Positions 1 through 13,900 of a stretch of 64,000 nucleotides of DNA are shown in pieces. Source of the DNA: Camelus dromedarius (taxonomy: Eukaryota); contig NC_087436.1 in NCBI RefSeq assembly GCF_036321535.1, positions 20,400,001-20,464,000 on the forward strand. The letters are read 5' to 3'. Position 1 is the stretch's first letter. Every line of letters starts with the position of its first letter. A program made the position numbers and the translations under genes. A model generated the notes under the pieces. That model worked only from the letters and a program-made list of their open reading frames with translations. It searched no databases and was not told the origin of the DNA.

Positions 1-180
1 TATATCTTTGTTGGTGAAATGTGTATTCAGAGATTTTGTCCTTTTTTTGTTACGTTTGTTTTATTGAATTACAAGTTTACTTTGTATTATATATATGTTT
101 TCCAGTATTTTGTTCCAATTTGTATCTTTTTATATTCTTAATAGTGTCTTTTGAGGACCATATTTTGCTTTTGATGAGTG
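1..180 (-). mobile_element. Old L1 (L1M-type) fragment
   Basis: T-rich text typical of antisense L1 ORF2 (ttggtgaaatgtgtattcagagattttgtcc). Confidence 0.5.
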
Positions 181-1129
181 TTTAAGAACATTTAAATTAG
201 CATTTTTGATGTAGTATAGTTCTTTAGTTAAAACAGGTTTTGCAGAAATGCTGTTCTTTCACCCAAAATAAGGAAGTAGATCAAACATACACAGAGTGCT
301 GAGTAATTACAGCCTTAAAGGTGGAAGGCAATGGTAGAACATAGTTTTTTTTTAATAATTTAAAATTATAAATTTTTGACCCTGGTTAGAGAAGACAAGA
401 AGATACTATAATGGCCCTTTTGCACTTAACCAGGCTACAACAGAGTTTATTCTGAAGATTTAAATACTTGTAGAAAGGTCCATTATTTGAGAGGTAGTAT
501 TTTGTTGACACTTGTAGAATAATTTTCCATTTTTCAAGTGATGTAATGCATTCTGTAAAGTGGATGTAGCTTGTGTTCGCGAGCTAAGCAGACTGATTTC
601 AGGGGAGGATTTCCTCTATACCAGAGGGTGTCACTTTTAGCAGCTTATGAGAAGCCGTGATTGTTAGGCAGAGGCCTATTTTAAGAAATCTATTTTAATA
701 TATGGCACCCATTTCATTTTGAAAACCAGAGCCAACTTTTAAGAACTATTAAAATGCAAAGTCTGTGGAGGAAAGATGATTGTTTTCTGAGAGATCACAG
801 CATTATCTAAAACCTTTTCCTTGTCTCAAAGTTCTTTTCTTCCAGGGAGAAAGAGGCAGCATTCATTTATCATAGCTCGTTATGTTTAGCAACTCTTGGT
901 AGTAAGTCTTTACTGATTTCATGGGTAGTATAGGAGTAGATCTCATGGTAAAAAATTTAACACAGAATAAGGAGTGAAAATCCTTCGTTTTCCCTCATCT
1001 TGTAGTCCCTGTCTCTCTGCTGTCAGTTCAGGACATGTCCTCGCAGGCCTCCTGTCACATGTATGCACACCTATCGGACGTGCCTTCCTGTTTGTTTTGC
1101 ACAACAGGGTTATTTTACTATGACTGTCT

Positions 1130-1440
1130 TTTTCCCTTAGTAGTTGGGGTGATCCTTCCCAGTCAGTTCACATGAGTGTACCTTCTTTTTGATGATTGCA
1201 TGGTGTTTCTGTACATAATTTGGATGAACCATAAATTAATAACTTCTTGTCTATTGGTGGAATCTTGGGGCTTTCTTTAAAAAATTTTTTTTAAACTATT
1301 AAAAATAGCTACAGTGAACATTCTTGTTTATGTACACTTGTGAACATATGAAAAATTTCTTTAGGGTAGACTTAATAGAAGTTGAATTGCTGGATCAATG
1401 AGTATATGGGGATTTAAAATTTTGATATATACTGGCTATT
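1130..1440 (-). mobile_element. Old L1 (L1M/ME) 3' fragment
   Basis: gctacagtgaacattcttgt...tagaagttgaattgctggatca, a typical antisense L1 motif. Confidence 0.6.
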
Positions 1441-1934
1441 TTCTTCTAAAAAGTTGAAGGACTTAAAATGGCTCCTTTAGTACTAGAACTTCTACCGCAC
1501 GGTACCGTGACTGCTGGGACGCTGCTTTCTTTGTGCTCAGTCATGCTGAAGATAAGAGACCTTCTGCCCTTTTCCATCCTTTCTGATTCCTGAGTTCTGC
1601 TCCTGCTCATCATCCCATTTTCTGGGCACGTACCATGTGCCAGGCTCTGTCCGGCTAGGTTGGAAGACAGAGCCCTTGCCTTCAGCAAGTTCTCAGCTTA
1701 AAAGTACCACTCCGTCATCTTGCCACGCGAGCAGAAACTCTTACGGCGTCCCCGTAGTTGGGCTGCCTTTTAGTACATATTATTGTCTGTTTTACAGACA
1801 TGCTTTTATAATATTCATAATACTAATAATATTAATGAGCTTTTCTAGTTCATTAGGTATATTGTATAAAGATATGTATTAAGGTTTTGTAAAAAGTAGG
1901 AGACTTACGTGCCAACTTCTTTTCTTCAATACAG

Positions 1935-1981
1935 GAATGGGTTGGACAAGTGGAAATAAGTGCCCTTTCTCTTATGTACAG
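1935..1981 (+). CDS. OTUD4: OTUD4 exon (EWVGQVEISALSLMYR)
   Basis: aatacag| ... AG|gtaaac; 47 nt; OTU domain. Confidence 0.95.
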
Positions 1982-4900
1982 GTAAACACTGTAATAACAT
2001 AGGCAAACAAAAATGAAGTCAGTGGGAAATTAACAGATTCCATTATACTAAAACTGTTAAAGTAGAAAGCAGTTTTTGTTGATTTTGAGAATCTTTTTTG
2101 ATGATTTGTTTTTTTAATTGCATCAGTTTGACATTTAGACATGTCAGTGTTTAGGAATTTTAATTCTCAAAATATTTTTGGAATGGAATATTCCAAAAGT
2201 TTTCCAAGCCTATGAACTGTATCAGTTATCAGCCTCCCAGAGAAACGCTTCCCCACTTTCTCAGGGCTGGTAGCAGTGAGTGGCCACTAGGACAGAGGCA
2301 AAACACCGGAGTGCCAATTTCATTGCTTTTGCCCAGTAGAGGAGCAGGTGAATGCTTTATTTTTTTCTTTTCAAAATGTCTTTATAGATTTTATCTTAAC
2401 AATTTCTGTGATTTTGAGGTCTACTTTTAGAGTTACAGCTGCAGTTACAGATATGCAAATTATATTTAAAGTATTTTTTTTTAAATGGATATGTTTATGC
2501 AGGTATGTTAGAACCTAGTTATTCCATCACAGTCTTTTGTTTACTGCTCTGTTTCCAGGGCCTAGAACATTGCTTGTTGTGCACTAGGCTCTTGAGTGAA
2601 AGAATGAAATCATGAAATCTCAATTCATGAAACACATTTCATCAGAAGTAATTTCTAAATGTTATTTTCAGGAAAGATTTTATAATTTATCGGGAACCAA
2701 ATGTTTCTCCTTCACAAGTAACTGAAAATAATTTTCCTGAAAAGGTAAGAATTTTTCTAAGCGTTTCTTAAAGATTTAAGTAAAAGAACCACTCAGTTGC
2801 TACCTTGACTGCCTGAGCTATAATTTTTACTTGACTTTGAATTTTTTAAAGTTACTTTTTGAGTTTTTTTAAGTTCCTGATAATCATCATTGAGTTATAT
2901 CATTTTGAATTTGATTTTCCCCACAAGTCACTGTTGAACTCATAACATTTTACTAGAGGAAAAAAATTGAGGTAGTAGTACATGATTAACTAGACTGTTA
3001 CTGTCTTAGATCAGTATAAACATTAAATAGTAAGATTACTTGTGAAAATAGGTTCTGTCATTGTACCCAGAAATTAATAGATCGGTAGTTGCGATCTGTT
3101 TCCCATAATAAAGATAATCCGAGTCACAAAGCAGAAAGTCTAGAGAGGGACAAATAAAATGAAACCTGATTCACTGTTAGAGAACTTTATTTAAATGAGC
3201 TGTGCTGGAATCATCCCGACCAAGCTGAAGTGTCTTGTCACCATGCTAATGGTGGTGAGGGGAGGGGAACTGAGTGAAATATACCTTTATAAGGACTTGG
3301 GGGTTTCCAAGGTGCTTGGCTCTGGATCTGGCCTTTCCAGTATAATTCTTGGAATATGACATAATCTAAGCAAAATCAGTGTGCATTTCTCTTTGCATAA
3401 GTAGTTGACTGTTTAGAAGGTACTTAAAACTGTAAAGCAGAAAAAATTTACTTTTGATTCTGCCTCTTAGCGAGGTAAGCATTAATAAGGTTTTGGAATG
3501 ATTTCTTACAGGCTTTTAACTTCTTGGTCTTTAAATAGTTGAAATCATGTTGTTATCATAAATTGTATGTGATTTGTGATCCCGTAAGCATTTCCCCAAG
3601 TCATTAAGAACTTTTTGATGTAATGGCTATGTGACATTTCAGCGTATAGATGTACCACATGGGAGCTTCTGAAATACTCTCTTTCTACTTGGAAATTATT
3701 TACTAGTAATTCAGAGATACTGGAGATAGAAGTTCTACGTAAATGTCATACGTGAAGGGCTCAGAAGCGTTTTTTATTTTTCCCTTTCAGGTATTACTGT
3801 GTTTTTCAAATGGAAATCATTATGATATTGTCTATCCCATAAAGTATAAAGAGAGCTCTGCCATGTGTCAGTGTAAGTATTACCCTTGTTGTTTGTATAG
3901 GACATTTTATCCCTAAGCAATACATAGTCTTAATGCAGACAAGTCAGGGCAAATACACTGTTCTGTTGTATAAAAATATATTTCTGAGAACCTTAGGTTA
4001 ACCAGAAATGTTAATACTGTAATAAAAACTTGTTTCAATAGGCAAAAAAGGAGCTGCTAGTTGCTTAGAGTTTGGCTTGTAAATACAATATTATTTTTTT
4101 TCTGCAGTGATTAATTTTAGTAATAAGGATTTATATGTGTTTTTAAAGCTGTTAGCATATAATGTAAAAATCTAAATGAGGAAATCAAGCATTTGATTAT
4201 ATTTGGCTCCAGACCAGGGTTTCTTAACCTTGGCACTGTTGACATTGGGGCCAGATAATTACTTGTTTTGGGGAGGGGGGTTCTGTGCATTGCAGGATGT
4301 TTAGTAGTATCAGCTGTGTGGGTGCCAGTAACTGTCTCCCCCATGTGACGGCCAGAAATGTCTCCAGATTTTGCCAAATATTTCCTGGGAGGGTAAAATC
4401 CCCCTTTCATCCTCAGTTGAGAATCACTGCTCTGGTAGGTCCTTCCTACCTTCTTACTTCAGCTCCTTTATCATCTGTTCCAATAAAGTGCACATCACTC
4501 GTGCAAAGCAGCGGTGCTGGGCGTGTGACAGCTTTTTCCTCTGTTCTCCAGCTAGGGTGACCAGCGAAGTTGTGTGTAATGCAGATTTTTAAACTGATTG
4601 ATCTGTTTTGGGATAGGAAAGTCTAGGAGTCTGAATCTGGGGCTCTGTCCTCCTCTCTCAGTTATTCAAAATCTGGACACTTCAGCTTTGGAAGGGACAG
4701 CTCATGGTGCCTACCTCTCCTGCACGTCTCAGTGCCTGTGGCTTGGATGATATCAGGGTAGATGCAAGGTGGTCTGTGAGACGAGGGTGTCTTGGGGGAC
4801 CATGGTGGGTGAATTCTTAGTATTCTTGTTTTCGTAAAGGTCATTGTAATTTAAACTAAATGAGAGTCCTAAACTCCAGGTGGAGTGTGTTTTTGAATAT

Positions 4901-7900
4901 TTGGTAATACATATTTCTGTGTTTTCTGGAGTTTTTTTCCCCTTTTTTAAAGCAAAGAGGTTGGCTAAATATGCTTCAGTGGGGGGTGATAAGAGCACAT
5001 TTTATAACAGTTTCTTTTTAGTCCTTTATGAAAAGTTCTCTTCTTTCTCACACTCTTCATGCCCTTAAGTTTTCCATCCAGGCCTCTTAAGGTTGGGCAG
5101 GTTGTGTGACGTCTGTAGTTCTTTTTTTTTTTTTTTTTTTTTTCCTTCTTTTTTTTGGGTGGGGAGAGGTGATTAGGTCTTTAATTTATTTATTTTAAGG
5201 CGGGACTGGGGGATTGAACTCGGACCTCCTGCCTGCTAAGGACCACATTCTACCCCTCAGCTACTCCTCCCCCCGCCTTAGTTTTTTCATGTGTACAGTT
5301 AGAACACTTCACTGTGCTGGGACTGAATATGAAGGTGTGTAAAGGCTAGGCACAGTGTATGAAATGTAGTCATTGCTCAGTGTGCACATTTAATTGCATT
5401 ATACTTGTTTCACAGTTGTGATACCTTTTTTGTGTTATAGCTTAAAAAATGTCAGTATCTTATGTAAGTGATTTGGAAGTAATTCACTGCAAAGACAGAC
5501 ATTGTAGATGCTCTCTATCTAGGTAGCTTTCTGATTAAATTGTGTTATTGACCATAGGATGTTGCAGGTGTCTAGTTAGGACTGTAGAAGCTTGAGCAAT
5601 CTCAATTTTACGTTAGAACATAAAATTAGTTAATGTTGTGTAACGTCTCTCTTTTGTTACTTGCAGCTCTCCTTTATGAATTGTTGTATGAGAAGGTATT
5701 TAAAACTGATGTGAGTAAAATCTTGATGGGACTAGACACCTCTGAAGTAGCTGATGAAAACAACAGTGAAATATCAGATTCAGAGGATGACAGTTACAAG
5801 TAAGAATGAATTTCAGTCCTAAAATATCTTTATAGTGCCATACCAAGAAACAGTTCGGTACTTGTTTCTGCATGGAGTTGCCTCACGTACTGAGGTATTA
5901 CGGTGCTTCTGAAACACAGCAGTCTGCAGTAGCAGGTTCCTTCCCTGCCACTAATTTTATCTAATTTCTGTTATGAGGCTATTTCTTTTGGAAGTTGATT
6001 TTTTTTATTGTTGCTAAGGATCTGTTTCTGTGTAACCTGGATGTGTATATATATATCTGTGGAATAGATTTGGTCCTACCTATACGTATGTGTATTAATA
6101 AAATTTTAAAATTAGCCTGTCAATTGCTTACATAGCCAGTGATGGAAAAAATGGGCATTTTGATTTCCTTGACTTTCTTTTATTATTTTCTTTCTTAATG
6201 CCTCTTCTTTTTATATAATAATAAACCCAAGCTGGAGTTTAAGTATGTGAGTAGCTCTGGATGATGCCTTTGTTTAGGTTGTGAATAAGCACCTTTTACC
6301 TTAAGTCTCTGAAGCTTATTTTTCTTTTCCGCACAAGACGTATAGGGTAGTGGGTAAGAGCTTGGGCTGTGGACATCCTAACCTGGTTTCAGTCCTGGCT
6401 TCCTGGCAGCTAACTGCACTTGGCACAAGTTACTTAAATTCACTAAGAAATCTCAATTCTATACCTATAAAATGAGGATATATTAGTATTTCTTTAAAGT
6501 GGAGAATCTGTGAGAATTAAATGAGATAACATGTACAGTGCACAGCCTAGTTCCTAGATAGCATGTCCAACATGCGTTAGTTTTTATCAACCATGTTAAA
6601 TTTACTCTCTATTTTACGAGAACCGACCTATTCCATTCTCACTGAAGCTAAAAGTGTGTTATTCCTCCTGTATGAGAGTATAAAAGTATCCATTTGGTGT
6701 TACATACTGTGAAACTAGAGAAAAGTGAAATGGAGCCTTAGGATATCTAATTCTTTATTAAATGCTTAAATATATCTTCTTACATCTGTAATTCCAAGCA
6801 TTTGTTGAATTAAATTTTTCTGATCCTGATTAAAAATTTGATTGACTACCATTTCTTTGTAAGAAAGAAATGAGTCAGTTAGATTAAAATTAGGATCTTC
6901 CCTTGTAAATTTAATGCTAGAATAGCCTAATTAACTTTGCACAGATGGAAATTCTGCTCAGTGGTTTTCTCCAGGCACCTGGTATGATTAAGACAAGTCA
7001 TTGAACATAGGGGAAGTTGGGAGAGAGAATGAATGACTTGTTTTAACTTATTACCTTTATTTGGTGTGGTGGCACTTCCAGCACACGCCCTTTGGTTGCT
7101 GCTCCTGATAGTTTTAGCAGCAGTTGGGTCTGGGATGGCAGCTGGCAGCTGAGGTAGGTGTAGTGTGGAGTAGAGGCTAGTAAGTTGGAGAAGTTTATCA
7201 GGGATGCTGAGCTCATTGTAATGCTGTTTTCCTTTTTATATTGTGTTATTGTGGCCCTTGGAACGTGGAAGCCTTTTTAATTAACTTTTCACTGCATTAT
7301 TAAGATTTCTTTTTGCTTGTGTTGTGGCTGGCTCGGGGAAGACAGAACTTCAGTTAGGGAATAATGCTGCCTGGTCATGGCAGGATAGGTAGGCACACGT
7401 GTGGTAACAAGGAGGAAAGACCCGGGATGTCACTGTGCTCTTGTGCCTGGATTCTTTTCACATTCATATCGGTCAGTCCTGAACTTTAGAAAGTTAGGGT
7501 GCTCTTTAGTCTAGACTCTCAGATACTTGGGGTCTCTTACATATTGCTGCATTTAAGGGTATAGATTTGGAGATTGTCCTGAAGACTAGAGATTGATTTA
7601 TTAATGAGGAGGAATTGTAGGATGGAAGAGTATAGGTAACCTCTCACCTCATCACCCACTCGACCTGCCATCACTCTGACCAGCCTCACCAGCCTCTTGG
7701 CTTCCCCAAGGTCCTTGCATCTCCTGTCCCCTCTGCTTGCAGCAGCCATATGGTTTGCTGTCCCATCACCTTTAAATCTTTATTTAGAAAGACATCTCAG
7801 CAAGTCCTTTGCTCATCCTTTTTTTTTTTTTTTTGTATTATTTTAGCCTAAGTCTCAACACTGTTTTTCCTACCTTTTTCCCCCTACAGCACTTACCAGC

Positions 7901-10900
7901 ATTTACCATACTGATTACTTACTTAGTTTATATCTATTCTCATAGATTGTCTGTCTTGCTGTAGTGAAGTATTTTGTTTAGTGGAGCCTCATCTATATTT
8001 TGAAAGGAAATTTTTACATTGAATGTTTCATAAATTCATTGATTCTGCTCCCCCAAATTTCATATTTTTTGTGTTTTTGTCTTTTTGATGATTAAGTCAG
8101 TAAGAATTACCGTAAAAATCTTTGACATGTATACATATACACATACACACATGTACATGTACATATGCTCATTTATTCTAAACTTGTTTGAGCTCATTGG
8201 AATATAGCTGTGACTTTTTGGGATATAACTCTGACAGATTTTTTTTGTGAGATTAGAATAAGGTAATTGTGTGCAAACACTTTTGTATTCCTAATGATGG
8301 CTATGCTTCTTTGTAGGAGTACAGCTACCACTGCTAATGATGTGAATGGATTTAAAGCTTTGTCAAGTGATCAGGTATTTTTTTTAAAAATGGTTTTAAC
8401 TAGTTCTTCAATATAAGAAGCATACGAATTTATAGTCTTAATTTTTTTTTTCTCTTTTCTGGTACATTTTCAATAGAGTCAGGATCAACTACTAGTAAGA
8501 CTTTTTTTGGTGACTTCCTAATTTTTAAAGTTTACTTCTTCATTTGATTTTACTCTTACACGTATCTCAGACATGTTTTAAGAGCATTTCTGTGTTCATT
8601 GGACTTCCTGGCTTTGTTTATTTAGCACCCGAAAAACAATGGGAACTCTCCTAGCCTTCCTTTGTCTAGAAAGGTTCTTAAGTCACTCAATCCAGCAGTC
8701 TATAGAAATGTGGAATATGAAATTTGGCTGAAGTCTAAACAAGGTGAGTTTAAAAATCTGTGTATTTTCCATAAATTTGCTTTGTGGTATTTGAAAATGA
8801 TTAAGTCAACTTGATACTGTACTGATATTGTTTACAGCTCAACAAAAACATGATTATTCCATTGCTGCTGGCTTACAGTATGAAGTTGGAGATAAATGCC
8901 AAGTAAGTGATTATATAGAGGAAGTAAAGATTTTACTTGAAATCTTGCCCAAGTTTGTATGTGTTGTTAATTTGGGATTTCAGACTGCATTTTATCATGT
9001 AAACATTTTACTAGTTAGAAATATATAGCTTTTGAATGCATTACCAAAACCATATGCATCTAAAACCATGGCATCCCATCACATGGTCTGTAAAACAGTT
9101 CAGTCTTTGATACTACTTGCCTCAAAGGAGTAGCAAATAACATTTTAGGTTTTTAGATTTTTCATCACAGTTGGCAGATAATTTACTGAAACTGACGTTA
9201 TAGATCAGTTTGGTGTATGAAAGTCATTCTGGAAGATTTTGATAAATACATAATTTTTTTGTTGGACTGAGAAAGGGAAGTGAATAATAAAGAGTTTTGC
9301 CATTTACTTTGAATAAGCTACTGCTCTGGACTGAAGCAGCTGGGTGTTAAAGGGGAAAGCTGCGTTAGGTCAGCGCTTCTCACTTCGTGTGATTTTGTAC
9401 CCCTGCCTCCCATTTAGCAGTGTCTGTGGGCGTTTTTTTTTGTTACAGCTGGGAGGATGCTGTTTTGGTGGGTAGAGGCTGGGACAGGACCACCTCCCTG
9501 CCACCTCCCCGGCAAAGAATTACCTGGTCTAAAGTATCAGTAATGCCAAGACTAGAGAAACTCTTATGAAAAAATACTACTCTTTCTAAAACAAAAACAA
9601 CCCTCCCCTCCACACAAAAATATTGTTATTTATATGAGAATTTTCATCAAAAATGGTTTCCCTCAAAAAGTGTTGTCTTTTAAAAACTATTTTAAAATAG
9701 CCATTGACAAACATTTCTTCTTGACTTGGGGAGGAAACACTCATTTCCTCTGTGATAAAGTGGTCTGTGGAAAGTCTCTGATTGACCAGGATTATATCTG
9801 GGGTGTCTGTGACTGACTTTACCTTAAAAGCTTTAATAGTGTTCTGATTCTGGGGTATTTGAAAGGACAGGAAGAAGAGGGTATGATTCATTTAGGTTCT
9901 TCCCTACAGGATTGTCAGAAATGTGCTCTAGTCACAGAACAGAATCGTGCAGTCTTTTACTATATTGATTTGGGAAACTTGGAAGAGAAGAAAAGAGATG
10001 AGTAAATCCAGGGCTTGTGGTTCCCCTCCGTCCCTCTCCTTGCTTAGTAGGGAAGAGAAGTTTGCTTATTTGGCATCGCTGAAAGTGTGTTACTCATTAC
10101 TTTAAATCAGGCGTATTTCCTTTCAGGTTGCAATTGCTTCTATAAAACAGATGCTGTATAAGGTAGATGGTTAAGCAGATACTTGTTTTAATTTTTTCCT
10201 TTTTAGAGTATTTTGTTTCTATTTCTACTACTTGACTATTTCACTTGGATAAAAGTTAATTGAAATTTTATTATGGAGTCTGTTGTGACTCAAAGGTGAC
10301 TTTTATTTACTCAAGCATGTAAAATGTGGTTTAAACTTTTAATAAAAATTAGCTTCAGAAAAATTTTTTTATGGTAAAACTGTGGAAGAGAGGAAGGCAG
10401 GGTCCTGCTGTGGCTGATGAAGAGTGAAAGCTCCGCTTGAGGGCCGTAATCTGCAGTCGGCCGTCCTCCGCGCCGGCGGACGTGGAGGGCCGAGCGTGCT
10501 GGGCCATTTTACGTCAGGCACTCGAGTACCCGGGGAGTTGTGGTATTTTCAGGGGTCCTGGAACCCAGTCCCCCACGGATTCCAAGGGAGACTGTACGGA
10601 TAAAATAGGAGGTTACTCCAGACACGGCTGCATACATTGGGCTCCTAGTGCAGTGACTGGCAGTGCGCTGTTCAGTGTGTGCCCTTTGACTATAGGAAAC
10701 CCAAAGGCTTATTCTTCTGTCTTGATGATTTGCTATTGTGTAATAACCAGCTGTATGTTAGAGAAGAGATGATGGACCTATCTGTAAGGGGAAAAAAGGT
10801 CCCAGTTACATGTTAAAATATTTAAATATTGAAAAAATGAGACGACAATAGGAATTTTAGTAATAGTTGCCCTCCTTTGTGGAGTTGTTGCCGTTTGCAA

Positions 10901-13900
10901 GCTGGTGTCTGTTATATGTGTCATATGTACCTCATTCCATCTCCGTGGGTCCTCTGATGTAGGTACTATTATTAGTCCCATCTTGTATCTGAGGACACTG
11001 AAGCATGACATGAGGAACTTGGTCAAGGTCATATTGCTGGTAAGAAGAAACGCCGGGCCTGGAATCCTGGTGTTTGTGGGGCCACAGCCTGCCTTCAGAG
11101 CTAGGACAATTTGGAAAAAGTTTGAAAGAGTAAACCGAAGTAGTATTGATAGAGGTACATAGGTCATGGAGGTCAGAGATAATATCAGACACCCTTTTGA
11201 ACTTAATTTTGCTTTCAACAATGTATGTTCATTTTCTCTTTAGTTGAAAATGAAATAACAATTTGGAAACTGATCATTAATGCGAAAGAATCAGGTGACT
11301 GATTTTTCTTTGTGCAATTGTTCAACAGGTGAGGTTGGATCACAATGGAAAATTTCCTAATTCAGACTTCCAAGGGGTTCACTCTGAGAACGGACCAGTT
11401 TTGGTCGAGGAACTTGGAAAGAAGTACGTATTGCTCTTCAGCTGAGGCATTCACGGTCTCTTCCATTCAGCCTCATGTAATCAAGAGCATTTCTAAATGG
11501 CCCTGTGCATTTGCAAATTCAGTTAAAGATACTGCCAGTGTATAGAAAATATATTTGTTTAGATCTTTTGGAAAACTAGTTTGAGTTCAGATTTAGTGGT
11601 TTGTGCCTTAACGTATTTTAAATAAAAATATTTGTTGCATACTGTTTAAAGTGTGCCATTCTTCTCAAAGGCAATTTGGGAAATTGATTCTGTTGTAACT
11701 ATAAAGTAGGAGCTTTGGAGGACAGAGACCATACTCATTTCTAATTTCATGCATTGCTGCCCTGCCTGTAGTTTTTAGTAAATGATTGTCAGGAGGAGGA
11801 GTAAAATGCTTTCTGTTAAGCAGTGTTACTTTAGAGCAACTTTTGTTTCAGCTACTGCTGCCTTTATTAGAGGAAAAGGTAGTAGATCACACCTAGACTT
11901 CACTATGGAAAATTTCAGACATACACACTTGTGAGAAGGACATTGCAGTGAACCCTAGTGTGACTGTCACCCTATTTTAGAAGCAAATAGTGGTTTGGCG
12001 GTCTTTTCTAATCTCTTCTGCCTAACCCTTAAAAAAAAATGGGAATGAAATTGGAATTTTTGCAAGCGTATCCCAGACATCACACCATTTCTTGTAGACA
12101 CGTAGATAACACAGAAAGGACTCCTCCCTCCCCCACCTTGGCTACAGTCCTGTCGTCATGTCTAATGGATAATAATCTCCCCTTTATTTAATTTTATGCT
12201 TAGATTGTGATTATGGCCTTTTAGTCTTCTGTTCTTTTAGGTTAGAAAATATGCTTTTGCTTTGTGACACCTTATTTGATTAGAATTACATCTGGATTGC
12301 TAAATGCTTTGTACTTTAGTTTTTTATATAAGAACTGAAACTGGGAATTCTTTTTTATGTAAATTGAAAAAATATTTTCTTAAGTATGCACAGTACTTAA
12401 GTGGGTATTCTTACTGGAGTACTTTAAATTACTGCAAGTTTATTTATTTCATTTTAAAGACACTCACCGAAGAACCTCAAACCACCTCCCTCAGAAAGCT
12501 GGAACACAGTGTCAGGGAAGAGGATGAAAAAACCTCCTTCCGGACAAAATTTCCATTCTGGTAGGAGCACATCAAGTTACTCTTTCTTGGGGAAGGGGTG
12601 ATAGTACTTGGGGTGGTTATAATAGGAAAACGATGAGATATTTTTGGCTTCTTGTCACAGACATTGATTACAGAGGGCCAAAGACCCCAAGCAAGCCAGC
12701 GAAAGCCCCAGCCACACTACCTCCTCGGCTGCAGCACCCTTCGGGGGTGAGACCGCACGCCGCCTCCAGCCACCCCGCAGGGTCGCAGCCTCAGAAGCCT
12801 GCCAGCGAGCACAGAAGTTTGAGCAGGACACCCTCACAGATCATAAGGTACTCTTCTTGAATGCAAGACAATGAGAAATTAACTGAGGTGGGGAGGGTAG
12901 AGCTCAGTGGCAGAGTGCCTGCCTGAGGTCCTGGGTTCCATCCCCAGTACCTCCATTACAAAGCTAGTAAGTAAACCTAATTACCTCCCCTACCTAAAAA
13001 AGAAAAATAAAAAGAAATTAAGTGAGGAACTTTTCTTTTATTTGCCATGTTACATGTGTTTAGTTACAACTCTTTGTTCATATACTTGTCTGTAGCATCA
13101 GTGTTAAAAGTATTGTTGATGAAGTACCATGTGAAGATTTCAGTTCTTTGTAATTCTCTTTAAATAAATCAGAGGAATTTTGAAGGGTAAGCCATCTTTA
13201 TCTTTATTTTTGAATAATTTTTTTCAAATGATTTATTTATTTATCCTAGACCTTATCCTGGCATTTAGTAAGTTTTCTGGTGGCTTGTAGTGTGTTAAAT
13301 ACTGACTTCCAAATTGTATTTCTAATTCCCTGCAAAGTGAGGCTGTTCCCCTTCATATAGGAACGTAAATTAACCTGAGTGGTTGGTTTACTTTGTTTTG
13401 ATAAGTCTGGATTGTTTGTGGTAATGTGTCTTAACACTGAATGGGGCTGTAGGTTGGTGTAATTCCTGCAGGCTTGGCTGTGTCTCCTGTGTGTGCTGGA
13501 GGCCTCCTGGGTTACTGTGACCAGTACCTTCCCCATCCAGGCTCCCTCTCCCCAGTTGTCTGAATAGTTGGAACTTGCCAAGCTCCGGTTTTTAGTTCCT
13601 TTATTTCTGGCATGTGGGCATTCCCCTTTCTTGGGAGTGTACTTAACATTTTGTTGTTAAGGATAGTTTATGTTACATCTTCAAGACAGAGTTGTAGGTT
13701 CTTAGGTTGACACGTTACCAGTATGGTGTAGCTTCCTGGGTCTGTGGGGTACTACGACTGGCGTAAAACAGCAGGCATTATTCTCTCGCAGTTCTGGAGA
13801 CTGGATGTTTGCGGTCAAGGTGTCAGCAGGGCCGTGCTCTCTCTGAAGGCTCTGGGGAAGAGTCTGTCCCCTCTCCTGCTTTTGCTGTTGTCCGCAGTCC

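Noticed and set aside
10778..11221. 147-aa minus-strand ORF
   Set aside because: Runs through a MIR element; the translation (KMGLIIVPTS) is typical MIR-derived text
12889..12955. Possible tRNA gene (also at 5200-5277)
   Set aside because: Incomplete cloverleaf; the A-rich tail and TSD show it is a tRNA-derived SINE
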